The notes: a model not told the origin generated them from the letters alone. A stretch of 64,000 nt of DNA from Chrysemys picta bellii (GCF_011386835.1 NC_088805.1:15562001-15626000); one strand, 5' to 3'; shown: positions 12,095-25,469, counted from the first letter of the stretch. Numbers and translations are program-made.

Positions 12095-12940
12095 ATGGAT
12101 GATGCAGCAGTCCTTAAGAGGAAAGGTTACATCATGGGGAGCAATTTAGGAGAGAGCTCTTTTGCCAAAGTGAAATGCGCCTACTCTGAGCGCCTGAAAT
12201 TCCACGTGGCAGTGAAGATTACAGATAGGAAAAATGTTCCTCCTGAGTTCTTGGAAAAATTTCTCCCCAGGGAATTGGAGATATTGGCAACAGTGAGCCA
12301 CTGTTCTATCATCAAGATCTATGAGATCTTTGAGACATCTGGCAAAGTCTACATAGTCATGGAGCTTGGTGTACAAGGAGACTTACTGGAGTTCATCAAG
12401 AGAAACAGAGGTCTGCCTGAAGAAGTAGCACGCAAGATGTTTCGCCAGCTATCTTGTGCCGTCAAATACTGCCACGATTTGGACGTTGTCCACAGGGACC
12501 TGAAATGTGACAACATCCTCTTGGATAAAGACATGAACATCAAACTGTCTGACTTTGGCTTTTCCAAACGGTGCTTCCAGGATGAGAATGGGAAAGTGAT
12601 CCTCAGTCAAACCTTCTGTGGTTCTGCTGCTTATGCTGCTCCTGAAGTGATAGAAGGTATTCCTTATCAGCCCAAAGTTTATGACATCTGGAGCCTGGGC
12701 GTCATTCTGTATGTGATGGTCAGCGGATACATGCCATACGATGACTCCAACGTTAAGAGAATGCTCCGCTTTCAGAAGGAACACCGAGTGATCTTCCCTG
12801 AGTCTTTGACACAAGAATGCAAAGATCTTATTTTCCGTATGCTGCAGCCCGATGTGTCTCACCGGCTACAAATCGAAGATGTTTTGAACCATGCTTGGGT
12901 GCAGGGGAAGCGCCAGAAGCCACACACCATGCTTGAATAA
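12095..12940 (+). CDS. TSSK1: Testis-specific Ser/Thr kinase, TSSK1/2 family, copy A (281 aa, intronless, tail-less; TSSK1-like residues; orthology tentative)
   Basis: MDDAAVLK start; [27 protein letters not shown]; CDN and FLEKFLPRE resemble mammalian TSSK1; DGCR2-proximal position; AATAAA at 12947-12952. Confidence 0.85.
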   Translation: MDDAAVLKRKGYIMGSNLGESSFAKVKCAYSERLKFHVAVKITDRKNVPPEFLEKFLPRELEILATVSHCSIIKIYEIFETSGKVYIVMELGVQGDLLEFIKRNRGLPEEVARKMFRQLSCAVKYCHDLDVVHRDLKCDNILLDKDMNIKLSDFGFSKRCFQDENGKVILSQTFCGSAAYAAPEVIEGIPYQPKVYDIWSLGVILYVMVSGYMPYDDSNVKRMLRFQKEHRVIFPESLTQECKDLIFRMLQPDVSHRLQIEDVLNHAWVQGKRQKPHTMLE

Positions 12941-13788
12941 TCAATCAATAAACCACTAAGCACAAACAAAGGGGAAGGCATATCTGTTTCTAGAGGCTGT
13001 CACACCGCAGAGTGCTGTAACTGCGGCTGTGATCCATGGTTTCCTTTGCTCAATGTGCCCTGTCATTCTCATGGTGAGATTTCTATCCACTTTCATATTT
13101 AGAAACCAATTCAGTTGCAGCCAGCTGCTGTGTGGAAGCTATTATTTCCTTTATTTGCCTTGCTGCTGAGGTCAACAGGAATGACAATTTCTCAAGGCAC
13201 TCAGATTTTTAGCAGTAGTTGAGGTTACCTGTTCTCCCTCCAGTGAGCCAGCCAGCAATTTTAGCCTCTGCCCATCCCACTGTTACTTGACTTATTCAGT
13301 GTGTCATAAACATGCCTTGGTGCTCTATGGGCAGAGGCTCTGTGCTGCCCCAAAGAGCTGCTTACAAGTTAAGGTTGACACAGGATGATGAGAGATGGGG
13401 GCACACCAGCAGAGTAGGAAGGGGCCTCCCATAGTGACCCCCTAGGACTAGTGTCGGCAGGAGAGAGGGCTTGGTTATTGATTCCAGGGGCAGTCGTGGT
13501 AGAAAGGCCAGGAAGCTCCTCAGAGTAGCTGTTTGCCTTTCTCAGCCTCCAAATATTGTTTCTTCTTGCTTCTCCTCCTAATCATCTTCAAACAGAACCC
13601 TCTGCCAATCAGAGAGGGGCTCAGGATCCGAATCCAGGGCAGGTGGAATTTGTTCCTTTGTTGCTGGTATCTACTAGTGAAGAAGGTAATTTGTAGTCAG
13701 CCTGACCAGAAGTCATGGGAGCTGACAGCTTCTAAGTCCCTGTTCTCACTCCAACCTTGAACTTGTGATCACTTAGTGCCAGGGTTGG

Positions 13789-14544
13789 TGTCACAGTTCA
13801 AAGCTACTGCACCTGGTTTTCCCCTCCATGGTCCTTCTTCTGAGCCATCACCTCTCTGGGCAGAGACCCATGGCTCTCTCCCTCCTGACCCAGAGTTCAT
13901 CCAGGCTTCAGAATTCCCCGCCTACACTGTGATACTCCCAGCAAGCCAAAGTGCCTAAACAGGCCAGCATCTGCGCTTTGCTCTCTCTCTTCAGAGCCTA
14001 TACACAGTGTGATTGCCCACAGCTCTTTCTAAGCAAGCACATTTATTCATTACAGAGAAAACATACTAAAGCAATAAAAGAACCTACACGCATGCTAACA
14101 GGCTTACCAGAGGTTACCCCCCAATTCCAGCAGGGGTTCTGGTAGAAGTCAGTCCTTCAAATCACACCAAGGGATTTTTCTGTGTTACAAGTTCATAGCA
14201 GCTTTAGCTCAGAACTAGCTCCCCTGCCACCCCCCCGAAGCTCAGTTTTTCCTTTAGACAGCTTGGGCCTTTGATCTTGAGACTCCGGGAACTGCTAATC
14301 AGTAGACAATGGTCCTCTCTTCGGGCCGTAGCTTCAAAAGGCTTGTTTTTTTCATAACTGGAGGTGGGAATTTGCATTCCCCTCCCCCTAGATACTCCCT
14401 AGGAAAAACCACTTGACACTGTTTGTCCAAAAGTCTATTCCTGTCTGGCACATTGTCCCACGATAATACATACACCATTCGTTTACTAAAATGGACCCAA
14501 AGAGATTCAATGAGATTTTGCAGGTACTTGCTATATCTGTCACA
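13789..14544. mobile_element. Probable solo LTR (Gypsy-like)
   Basis: TGTCACAG...TGTCACA termini (TG...CA), flanked by GTTGG/GCTGG (4/5 TSD match); 756 bp; no coding capacity. Confidence 0.6.
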
Positions 14545-15189
14545 GCTGGCCCTACACAGGGTTTCTGTCACGCCCAGTCTGGTGAAAACTGTTAATAGCC
14601 ATGCCAGCTAGGATTTTTTTGCCCCTGCCAGTGCCTAAGCTGACATCAGTTCAGTACAGGATGTTCAGTTTTGTTTCAATGTGGACAGAATCCTCTAATC
14701 AGGTTTGTGTTGTAAATTTGGTCAGTGTTCCTCCCTTCCCAGCTGTATGAAATGGGACATCCCAGAATGCATTGCTGCACATGCTGCTGATTCCGTTGGG
14801 TTTGTGTCCTATGGGTGCTCTATCCCCTGCTGAGGCACTATGGGATAGCTGTCCCAATTTTCCTAGAGTGCACTATTACAAACACTACTAGGTGGCACGG
14901 AAGGTGAGGAAAGACACACAAACTCAGCTGTGATGGCAGGAAAGCTGCCATTTGACACAATCTGCACCGCACAAGTTGTAACTGGTCAAGGGGTTTGTAC
15001 CACTCACCAGTTACAAAATCATGGGGAAGAAATGTACAGACAGGAGTTATATAGCTTTCCATTGGTCTCTTTCCCTTCCTAGTGAGGCATGGTTTGCTCA
15101 GGACTCTGCCTCCAGCTGTGTAGTGCAGTGCAGTGAGACCCAGGTCCAGCAATTGTAAGCCCAGGTTTAGAGTGAAGTGTGGACACTTA

Positions 15190-15474
15190 GGGCTGGTCTA
15201 CACTGGGGGGGGGGGTCGATCTAAGATATGCAATTTCAGCTATGCTATTCGCGTAGCTGAAGTCGAAGTATCTTAGTTCGACTTACCTGGCCGTCCTCAT
15301 GGCGGCAAGTCGACTGCCACGGCTCCCGCATCAACTCCGCTTACTCCTCCTGCCGAGGTGGAGTACAGGCGTCAATTTGGGAATCGATTTATCGTGTCTA
15401 GACGAGACACGTTAAATCGATACCCGATAGATCGATTACTACCCGCCAATCCGGCGGATAGTGTAGATGTGGCC
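15190..15474. mobile_element. PIF/Harbinger-type MITE
   Basis: TIRs GGCTGGTCTACAC...GTGTAGATGTGGCC, TTA on both flanks, internally quasi-palindromic. Confidence 0.8.
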
Positions 15475-17580
15475 TTAAGCACAGGCCTGGAAACACTGAG
15501 TCCACAAGCCCAGGACCCACAGACCCACATTTACAATGCAGTGTAGATATACCCTAAGGGGGCCACTTAAACTGCCACCAGAACTGGAGCCACAACATCA
15601 GAGGGGAGTCACCCAAGTGGAAAAGAAGACCAAAAAGGCAGCCACTGCTAGAAAAGGAGGGAAAGAGGCGGCTCCTGGGGGGAGGAGGGAGGAATGTGTC
15701 AATTTCTTTGTAACTTGCTCACTTGTAATATACAGCATGAAAGAATAACAATCGTCACTCTGTTGACAATATGCATTTTTTTCTCCTTCTGATATTTCGG
15801 CAAAGAGCCATGATCGCCCCATGCAGCTGGGCGGAAGACAGAGTAGGACGGAGGCTTGCAGAGGGACAGGATAAAGGTCTGAAGAAGCCATTGATTTACT
15901 TTCAGATTTTAAAAAATGCTCTCTCCGAACCTCGTGAAGCAACACGACTGAACAACCAAATATTATCAAGCGGCACTTTGCTGGGAATGCGTTCCTGGAA
16001 GATAGCTTGAGTATATTGGTCGTGTATCAGTGGTCAGCTTGTCTCAACGGTAGAGGTGGGAGGAGTCTAGTCTTGCTATATCCTTCCCAAGGCATTCTTT
16101 GTTAATACTCCACACTCGGCGCAATCTGGTCCATTGCAAAGACAAACTGATGCTGCTGAAGTATTTTTACAATGCCCAGTGATATGTCACCTCTGGCAGG
16201 GATGATTTAGCAAAGTCCACCCGAGGCAGGAAAATCATCCCCACTTCCCTGTAATCTAGTGATGGATTTTTTTAACATGAGCCTCCCTGCCGTGTGCTGC
16301 TGCTAAAATATTTATCTTCGTTAATAACAATGGTCTCAAAAGCCCTGTTTAATTCGGCTTTGACATTTTACCCAAATGCACAAAGATTTGTGCTGTCTAA
16401 TAAATACACACCATAGACTTTGTGTGCATTGTGCATTCAGTGGACTCTGCATTGTCCCCAACTCACTGTAGTTTAAGATCAAGTCACTCATTGCTGGCCC
16501 CATTTAGTGTCTGATGTAATTCTTAGGAGGCTGGAACGCCAAGATATTTTCAAACATTTGTTATAAGCTACTTTAATTGGCCGGTTTAATTTAATGCCAG
16601 ATTCTGCATCCACAACCAAGCCACATATTGGAGACAGGGCTTTACCCATTCATAAAACTGGGTGTACTGTCACTAACGTAAAGATTTCATTATTCCAGAG
16701 TGCCAGAAAATCTTTCCAATTATTTTATATTAGAATCCCAATACATATTTTAGCAATGTCAGAATTAAGCTAAAATACATGCATTCAGCTTATGAAACAA
16801 GCAGAAAATGTTGTGCATACATTGTATACACAATCTGTAACTAGCTAACAATGCCCAGAAAAACTGTCAGTCAATGCAAGCATTTCATTTAAATATTGGC
16901 CACTCTAAGTTTTACAGGTTCTTGGCCTCCCTTTTTGGCTGTTACTGTTTTGTAGTTCTTGCCCAATTGTGCATTGATTTCACTGTTTATACATTTTAGG
17001 CTGGTCTTGCTGTGTAATGTATGAAAAGTTCATAAGTGAATGATCAAAGTCTTCCTTGAACTATGAGGTAAATGACTGTAAAGTATTCATGTGTGCTAGA
17101 CTCATGATATTAAAGAAAATGTGATGTCTCTCTGTGGTAAAGTATTACATGTGGGTGTGCATGTGTAAGATACTTTAGGTAAGTAATTCATTTTTTTAGC
17201 ATGCACCTTTTTCTGTGTAGGCCTAGCCTGAAAAGATGCTGAGCGATTGAAAATCCCACTGATTTCAAATGGAATTTGCAGGTACTCAGCAAACTCTGGG
17301 GATCAGCCCTTATGTGCTTGGTTCTGCATAAACCTCCCCACACTTTTAAACAGTAGATAGATGGGGAAGCAACAGGAACTGTTCAGCATATCAGCTTTAA
17401 TGGGCAATGTTTGCAGGAGGGCACTTGCTTAGAGACTTGTTCACACAAGGCTACCCCTCTTCCTTCCCCCACCCCCCACATACAGTTATTACCCTACAGA
17501 AACTCCTCACATAGGCCAGAAGAAGAGAGTCACCGAAGTCAATGGCAGTTGCGAGTACTCAGTATCTCGCAGGATTAGGC

Positions 17581-18419
17581 TGCGACATTCCCCTCTGGTG
17601 TTATCTGGACCGGTGATCTGCTAGGTCACTCCAATCCTTGACTCTGGGAGCCAGTCTTACCCTGCTCTGGTGTGAGAACCCCCACTCCTGGGCTGTTCAT
17701 GCACAGCCTCTGGCAAGTAAGCTGCTCCTTGGATTGTTCAACCGAAGGCCACTAGCCAATATCTCCGGTCCCAGACACAATCCTAGGAACCTCCGTCTTG
17801 CAGTGTCCCGTTATGCCCACTGGATGCTGCAAGATTATATGAGTTCGTCAATTTAACAAAGAAATTGATATGCATCAGGCTTGTTATCCCAAGGGGAGTT
17901 ACTGTAGATGTCGGTGGAAGAAAGAGGAAGAGCATAGCAAACGTCTCTCCCTTTTATCATGTCCTTTCTTCCCTCTTGGCTTTGCCCCCCTTCAGAGTCA
18001 GGTGAGCATGACCTCATTGCAGTTCCAAACTGACCAAAAGAAGGGGGGTGACTCACTCGAGAGTCCAACAGATCCTTTGTTGTTGCCTAGGCCAGTGTCC
18101 TTTGTTCCTGTGAGGCTGGGCTGGGTTTGTCCCATACATGCCCTGATGAGGTGTAAACTGCCCCTCTGCTCTTGGACAGCCTTTGCCTGGGCTTGCTTTA
18201 AGCCATGAGGACACATTCTCAGCCTCATAACTATATACGTGAAATTACAACCTATAACAAACATTGCTATAACATTATTATAACAACAGTGCTCTCAGTG
18301 CATCATGAGCCTTCCGAAGACACCCAACATGCCAAACTTTGCATTAGATACCACGCAATCACATTATAAGGATGAACATGGGGGTGGCTGCGTGTTCCCC
18401 CGAGGTACAGAATGTCACA
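17581..18419. mobile_element. Solo LTR (Gypsy-like)
   Basis: Inverted termini TGCGACATTC...GAATGTCACA; perfect 5-bp TSD TAGGC (17576-17580, 18420-18424); 839 bp. Confidence 0.85.
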
Positions 18420-18820
18420 TAGGCCCATAGATCATTTTAAATGGTGGAATCTGGAAATTTCCAATGTTCAGAAGCGTTTTTTCCCAGCTGAATCAGCTCC
18501 CATCAACATGCTGAGGTTTTGGCATGTTAGATGCTGACTACAGGATAGAGAGCCAAACAGGGATAACAAAGGATGCTTATCGCTCTGTTTTCCATATTTT
18601 TTTCCGTACCATCCTGTGATGAGATTATGAGGTCATAATCTAATTCATTGTTAAATCAGAGGCATGGTCTGAAAAATCAGCCACAGCTGATAGAATGATC
18701 AGCAATGTCATACGGCGCAAGGTATTGCCTAGTTAAAGAGCTAATACAGAATCTGCACAGAGAAGAGTCACTATGTCTGGATTTTTTTTTTCTTGATTCA
18801 GACAAAAGACTGGTCTAGAT

Positions 18821-19166
18821 CAGAGGTTCTCAACTTTTTTCTTTCTGAGGCCCCAACCCCGTTATAAAAACTCCACAGCCCATCTGTGCCACAACAACTG
18901 TTTTTCTGCATATAAAAGGCTGGGCCAGCGTTAGGGGGTAGCAAGAAGGGCAATTGCCCAGGGCCCCACACCACACAGGGCCCTGTGAAGCTAATTTGCT
19001 CAGGTTTCAGCTTCAGCCCTGGGTGGCGGGGCTTGGAACCCCGGGCTTCAGCCCCATGCAGTGGGGCTTCAGCTTTCTGCCCTGGGCCACAGCAAGTCTA
19101 ATACCAACTTTGCTTGGTGGACCCCCTTAAATCTCAGGGCCCCAGACCCCTGGTTGAGAACCACTG
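18821..19166. mobile_element. hAT-Charlie-like MITE
   Basis: TIRs CAGAGGTTCTCAAC...GTTGAGAACCACTG; TSD GTCTAGAT/GTCTAGAA (NTCTAGAN target). Confidence 0.85.
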
Positions 19167-20130
19167 GTCTAGAAGGCTAGATCCAAGGAAGGCTCGGGAG
19201 AATACTAAACCATCCCCTAAACTGATCAGGCAGCGTGAACAGGAGTCAAGCAATGGACAGGAACAAAAGTGAATCACTTGACTAGAAAAGATGGGGGGAG
19301 GCAGGGGACGAGAGAGAGCGAGAGAAGCAGAGATCAAACTAGGGGACACATGGGAGCCAGATGTGGAGTGAGAACAGGAAAGTTCAGCTCAGAAGGCCAA
19401 ATAGGGACATGGCTGATCTCATGCTAAGATTCACTGATCTCTACATAACCTGTACGATTAGCCCTTCCTGTTCAATAGAATCTCGGCCTCCCTAGCAAGG
19501 TTGCACGTAACCTTCAACTCTGACATGGCTTTGCAATTTACGTTTCTTTACTCCCTCTCCGTTCTCCCTGTTGAATTAACGTACTGTATTTAAACTAAAT
19601 CAGAGTTGGCGAGGGTTTGGGGAGTTATTGCTGCCATCTATTCCAAGGGGAAGTAAATGATCCTTCTGCCTATAGAGGAGGAGATCAGAGTTGGGCATCT
19701 AGACCTAATTCCAGCTTGGGGTCTCAGCCAAGGGGTCATTTCCTAGAAATTAATGTTAGCAATCTGGCTGCAGTCAGACCAGAGCATGTCCAAAGCCCAA
19801 TGACTGTGGATCAGAGTTTGAAATGAAAAGATAACAGACCCCGGAAAGGTCTTTAAAATACCAAGAAAGAAGTGTTTCAAACCGCAGCTTCCTTTCTGAG
19901 CTAAGTAATCAGGGAAGTGAAAAAATCAAGCTTTTAATGGAGCTGTGTTTCAACCTAAATCCTGTTTACAATCTAAACAATGAAACCGTTCTCAAGCAAC
20001 TCTATAACGGCGCTTTGCACTTTTATAGCATAGTCCCTAATATCAGAGGATCTCAACCCTCATGACAAACATCCGAGTAGTTTGGCCTCAACAACCCGCT
20101 GATATAGGAAAGTACTGTCCTCTCCAACAA

Positions 20131-20385
20131 GGAAGGAGGGTCCAGTGGTTCAAGTACTAGCCGTGGACACAGGAACCTAGGTTCAGTTCCCTGCTCTGAC
20201 ATAAACTTCTTGTGTGACTTTGTGCAAGTCACTAAGGAAAAGGAGAGGCGATGGGGGCCATAGTGGATGGATTTCTACATAGATTTTACAGAGGAGGAAA
20301 ATGAGGCAGGGAGAGATTAATGAATTTGCTCAAAGTCACAAAAGAAGTCTAGAATTAGAGCCCATGCCTCTCGCTCCTGCACTTC
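20131..20385. mobile_element. Two MIR-like SINE fragments in opposite orientation
   Basis: tRNA-like head plus core at ~20131-20235 (+); reverse-strand core at ~20285-20385. Confidence 0.5.
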
Positions 20386-21164
20386 CACCACAAGAATCAT
20401 AAACCCAGGCCTGACACACGAAGCTACAACACTGTTTTTACAAGACCCGGATTCAAATACCGGTAAGATTCCATGTTCCATCCATGACCGCTGCTCAAGT
20501 CGGGACTGCATCACCTGGTCTGGATGCTTACACAGAGCACCCCTCAGACATAGCCCTCGCTGTGTTGCCAGATTAGTTTCACCACGTTATTCGTTCCTGT
20601 GTGTTGGAAAATGGGTTTACCATTCACCATTGTCTTACTAGTGACCTGCAAAGAAAAAACAAGTTGGGATTTGTTCTTGTTTTTACTTCTTTACGGCCTG
20701 AAAGTTGCTGGGGGGGATTCACGGCTTTTATATATTAGAAATAATTCTCTTGGACTTCCCATTTTTATAGGCAATACTGATCACATTCCATGCAAAGAAG
20801 CATTATCCAATCCCATATCTCATCCTGGATCTCCTATCACTATCAAAACGCTGACATGGCCAAATCTGAACGCCTTATTTTCCCTCCAAAATACACAGCT
20901 CTCCCTTCATTCTCTGTCACTGTTAACACCACCCACTTCTCCTCTTGTCCACTCAGGCTCATAACTTAAGGATCCTCTTTGACTTTTCCCTCTCCTTTGC
21001 CCCATATATCTACACTGTATCCAAATCTTGCCTTTTCTTCCTCCATAAAATATCAAGGATTCAACCTTTTTCTGTGTCTCCATACAGATAAAAATCTCTT
21101 CCAGGCCTCCTTATGTTCCCTCCCTGTCCAGCTAGTTTTGTGGGAAATAAGTCATATTTTATAC

Positions 21165-21240
21165 ATTCAGTCACCACTAATATCAGCTCTGCTTTATGAC
21201 ATCATGTGCCCACATCACACATAAAACAATGCTAAAGGTT
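21165..21240 (+). promoter_or_regulatory. Putative proximal promoter of TSSK copy B
   Basis: CAGCTCTGCTTTATGACATCA (TGACATCA 21197-21204) then ATAAAACAATG; homologous to the A and C modules. Confidence 0.6.
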
Positions 21241-21368
21241 CTACATCATCCAACTAAAGAGAACTAGAGTATCTCAGATGACCACCATGGAATGTACGAG
21301 AACAAGCTGTTAGCGTGTGTGATGCACAGTCAATTTCAGTTTAGAAATCTCTCGTTGCCTCTGGCACC

Positions 21369-22463
21369 ATGGATGATGCTGCAATCCTTAAAAAGAGAGG
21401 CTATGTCTTGGGAATCAATCTGGGAGAAGGGTCATATGCTAAAGTGAAATCTGCCTACTCTGATCGACTGAAATTCAACGTGGCTGTGAAGATAATCAAC
21501 AAGAAAAAAGCTCCTCGTGACTTCCTGGAAAGATTTCTCCCCAGGGAAATAGAGATTTTGGCCAAAGTGAATCATCGCGCAATTGTCAAGACCTATGAGA
21601 TTTTTGAGACGTCCGATGGCAAAGTCTACATCGTGATGGAGCTTGGCGTACAAGGAGACTTACTGGAGTTCATCAAGAGCAGAGGCGCCATCTCTGAGGA
21701 TGTAGCTCGCAAGATGTTTCGCCAGCTGTCTTCTGCCATCAAGTACTGCCACGATTTGGATGTAGTCCACAGGGATTTGAAATGTGAGAACCTCCTTCTA
21801 GACAAAGACTTTAATATCAAACTGTCAGACTTTGGCTTTTCCAGACGACTGACTCGAGATGAAAATGGCAAGCTTATTCTCAGTAAAACTTTCTGTGGTT
21901 CTGCTGCGTATGCAGCCCCTGAAGTGTTACAGGGCATTCCCTATGAGCCTAAGATTTATGACATATGGAGTCTGGGTGTCATTTTGTTTATAATGGTCTG
22001 TGGATCAATGCCATACGACGACTCAAACATTGGAAAAATGCTAAAGATTCAGAAAGAACACAGAGTGCACTTTCCCAAGTCCAAAAGCTTGACAGTTGAG
22101 TGCAAAGATCTTATTTACCGCATGCTGCAGCCGGACGTGGCTCGGAGGTTGCACATAGAGGAAGTTTTTAATCACATGTGGATGCAGGCTCCAAAACCCA
22201 GAGTTCCTTTGGCAACTTCATCTGTAAAAGAGGGAGAGTGTTCTCAGAATCTCAAAGAGTTGAAGTCAGAGCACAGACAGGAAATAGAACCCCTGGGGGA
22301 ATCTAAGCCAAATAGACCAGATTACAAAACTGAGTTTAAAGTAGTACCCAGATTGGAAGCAGTACCGGAAACAGAGGCTGCTGTTCCCGAGGAAGAGCAA
22401 GCAGAAGTTAATGATCTTATAGATCAAATGCAAAGAACCGGGATCAAAAATGATCAAAAATAG
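21369..22463 (+). CDS. TSSK2: Testis-specific Ser/Thr kinase, TSSK1/2 family, copy B (364 aa, intronless; TSSK2-like; orthology tentative)
   Basis: [35 protein letters not shown] intact; ~90-aa C-terminal tail; AATAAA at 22636-22641. Confidence 0.9.
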   Translation: MDDAAILKKRGYVLGINLGEGSYAKVKSAYSDRLKFNVAVKIINKKKAPRDFLERFLPREIEILAKVNHRAIVKTYEIFETSDGKVYIVMELGVQGDLLEFIKSRGAISEDVARKMFRQLSSAIKYCHDLDVVHRDLKCENLLLDKDFNIKLSDFGFSRRLTRDENGKLILSKTFCGSAAYAAPEVLQGIPYEPKIYDIWSLGVILFIMVCGSMPYDDSNIGKMLKIQKEHRVHFPKSKSLTVECKDLIYRMLQPDVARRLHIEEVFNHMWMQAPKPRVPLATSSVKEGECSQNLKELKSEHRQEIEPLGESKPNRPDYKTEFKVVPRLEAVPETEAAVPEEEQAEVNDLIDQMQRTGIKNDQK

Positions 22464-24554
22464 TGATGATTAAAGGATAGCCAAGGGTAGTATTTTATCT
22501 AGCCCCCAGAGGACTAATTGACAAGACTATGAAGTGAGGAGTATGAAAAAGGACCAAAGCAGAAAGACGTAAAAAACAATTTTATGAATTCTTTTAGATA
22601 TCTATATTGGTAGCGACATGGCTGAACAATCCATCAATAAATCACTACATTCATAACAAAAGTGTAAATGTAAGGAAAGGAGTAATTTTTTTTCTCCTAG
22701 TCAGATCTGGCTGTAGAATGGTGTAGACACTGCTACAATGCATGGCTTCTTTTGCTACATGTCTCCTGTCACTGTGAAGCTGTTATGAGATCTGTCATCA
22801 TCTTGATATTTGGGAACGCACTGAGCTGTAACCAGCCTCTGACAGCCTGTTCCCTGAAGCAGTAGAACAAAAAGTGATTGTCTCCTTCCATTAATCGTAT
22901 CTTTGAGCTAGTTCTCAGTGCCAATTCCTGAAGTCATCTGAAAATGCACAGTTGAACTTGGAAAGACCTCAGGCTTCTAAGCAAGTCAGCATTGCCAGTT
23001 CTCCCCACATGGATGAATTCAGGCTTAACAAGACCTAGGTCCACCAAAACACTATGGGGCTCCAACTGTGCTTACGCAGCTCCAATGCAGGCAGGAGCAT
23101 AAAGGTACATTTTGACACAGACTTGCGTCTCTCTGCTATAGCTCCGTGAACCCTGCGGGGTTTCATTTTTGATGGTGTCCATCAAATCAGCTCTGTTGTT
23201 CAGTTCACGGGGGGTTGGAAGGAAAACACCCCCTGCATGTTCTGATGGAGGCTTGGCTTTGCAAAGACAAACTTCTATCTGAATAGCCACTCCCTACCAA
23301 GCTCTGGAATGGCCCCTTGTGAGCACCTCAAGGGCACCTCTTTTCTCCCACCTCTTTCTGTCCTGGGGGCTGCGGTTTGTACCATCAGTGTAATGTAGGG
23401 GGGGGAAAAACCAAGGTCGAATTCTGCAATTTACAAAACAATTGCACTGGAGTGTCCCTTTGGGCTGAAGAATCAAAGGTTGCCTGGTCTATATGGACAG
23501 CAGCACAAGTAGCTGCAGCCTCCCTACCCCAACTCTGCCTATTCCTGGCAGCCCTGACTGTCGCCCCAGGTCTATAGAACCAGCCAAGGGATTTGTTTTG
23601 ATTGATTTTGCAGAATTCCAACATTTATTTGGTCCTGAACGTCGGCCTCTTCATTAGAATTATTCTGCCAAGTTTCCTAGTTCGGTGCAAAGCTGTTCCC
23701 ATGTCAGGCTTGTCCCATAAAGCTGTAAGGATGCAGCAAGTCTTGCTTCACACAGGATCTCACACTAGCCTAATTATTTTAACGTAATGTCACCTAAGGG
23801 GTTTCCTGGCAAAGTGGGTTAATGCTCCAATCTCATCTCTGGGGACCCAGATGCCCAGCCTGATTAAGGCAAGCCTAAAGAAGTCAGATGGGTTCGCTGT
23901 AGGTTTGACTATCCACCCCACCGAAGCATTAATACAAGGTCTTCTAGTACTGGTTCCCCTTTAAAGATTTCAGGTGGAAGTACTGTACAGTGTGGATGTG
24001 GTTTTGTCGACATTGGCACTAGGGTCCCAAGCACATATTAAAAGGGCTGACATCATTCCAGAGGGATGTCTCTGAGCAAAGCAATGCCGGTGAAACATGG
24101 ACAACATACTGCACTAGATCACTGCCTCACTTTCATAAGAATGAAGAACTCCCCAAAGCCCTTAAAAAGAGTGTGGGGTGAGGAGGAGGAAGGCGGCAAG
24201 TTAGAAGCACTGATGCCTTTCCAATGTCCAGAAGAGCACATTAGAGATAGCAGTGATGTGCCCCCAGACTCCAGCACATAGGCCCATTACTGCTCTGTCT
24301 CGCTCTATCTTCTATGGATCTTAGACATTTTTCTGTTTCTCGACAAACTACCGGATTATGCCAGGGTTAGCCAGGACCTGCACTCAGCTTGGACCCTTGG
24401 CTTTTAAGTACGGTCATCCCTCATGCTGGTAACTTCTCCCTCTTACAAAAGCAGCTCAGACTGTACCAAAACCAACCATTCTAATGATCAGATCCTCTCC
24501 AGCGTTCCTTTGGCTTCCCCAGAGATCAACCTGATTGCAACCTACATATTAACC

Positions 24555-24770
24555 TACATGGCGCTTTACATCTTCTGAGAGCTTGTACAGACGTTAATTC
24601 ATTTGCACAACATCCCTGTGCAGCAGCCAAGCAAAATCACCCCCACTTTGCAGGTGGGTCAGCTGAGGCATGAAAACCTGAAGGTAATCACCCTGGGTCA
24701 TACAGCAAGTCAGTGGCAGAGGTGAGATTAGAAATCGGATTTGCCTGGCTCCTAATCCCAAATACAAGAC
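24555..24770 (-). mobile_element. MIR-like SINE fragment
   Basis: Reverse-strand core (CCCACTTTGCAGGTGGGTCAGCTGAGGCA...GGTCATACAGCAAGTCAGTGGCAGAG). Confidence 0.5.
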
Positions 24771-25469
24771 ACTAGCTCAAAATGCCTTCAGCTCCAGGGG
24801 CAGCCCACCACAGAACTAGTCTATTGAACAGATTTCTCTCTGGTTACAGAGCCTGGCTCTGTAGAAATGTTGGCACAGCTGGGGAACGGCGTTCTGCTGC
24901 TCTCCGACGCCCTTGTCATGTGTGATATTGGCAACCGCACCTTTGTATTAATATAGATCTTATCTGGTCTATCCTCCAGTGAGCTGCTTCAGACCTCTGT
25001 ATCCACTGGCTTTCTACACATCTTCACTGGAACATGTTTTACACCTACATACAGCCCCTTGGCAGTCAACATTCAGGGAGTCATTAATGGCCCTAGCTTA
25101 GTCAATGACTCCCAGCCCCTATTTCAGTTCCTCTGACATTGCAGCAGCCAACCATAGGGCTTTGCCTACTCTGTTTTGGGTCAGACACAGTGTGATCGCT
25201 ACCTGCCACTGTGTATTGGCTCCAGGCAGTACCCTCACCTACGCCCTTTCAGATATCACAGGCTCCTACTACTGCATTGTCGAAAGCTCTGCAGAGACTA
25301 AGGTTTAGAAGATGAACGATTACTGTGAGATGAACACAGACAAAACAGAACCGTTGCTGATGACCCCTTCCCAGCACAGCTGGTCACTGTCTTCTCCTAA
25401 GAGATCTAAACTGTGTAATATTGGAGGGACCTGGGAGGCTGTATTGATCGGGCAGTAAAGAAATGATGG

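Noticed and set aside
15560-16300. ORFs of 79-123 aa and a CpG-retaining stretch between TSSK A and B
   Set aside because: No recognisable protein similarity or convincing exon boundaries; may be an enhancer but unsupported.
22900-24400. Unique-looking region after TSSK B as a fourth kinase remnant or retroviral fragment
   Set aside because: No kinase motifs in the frames I read; only short unrecognised ORFs. Needs a translated search.
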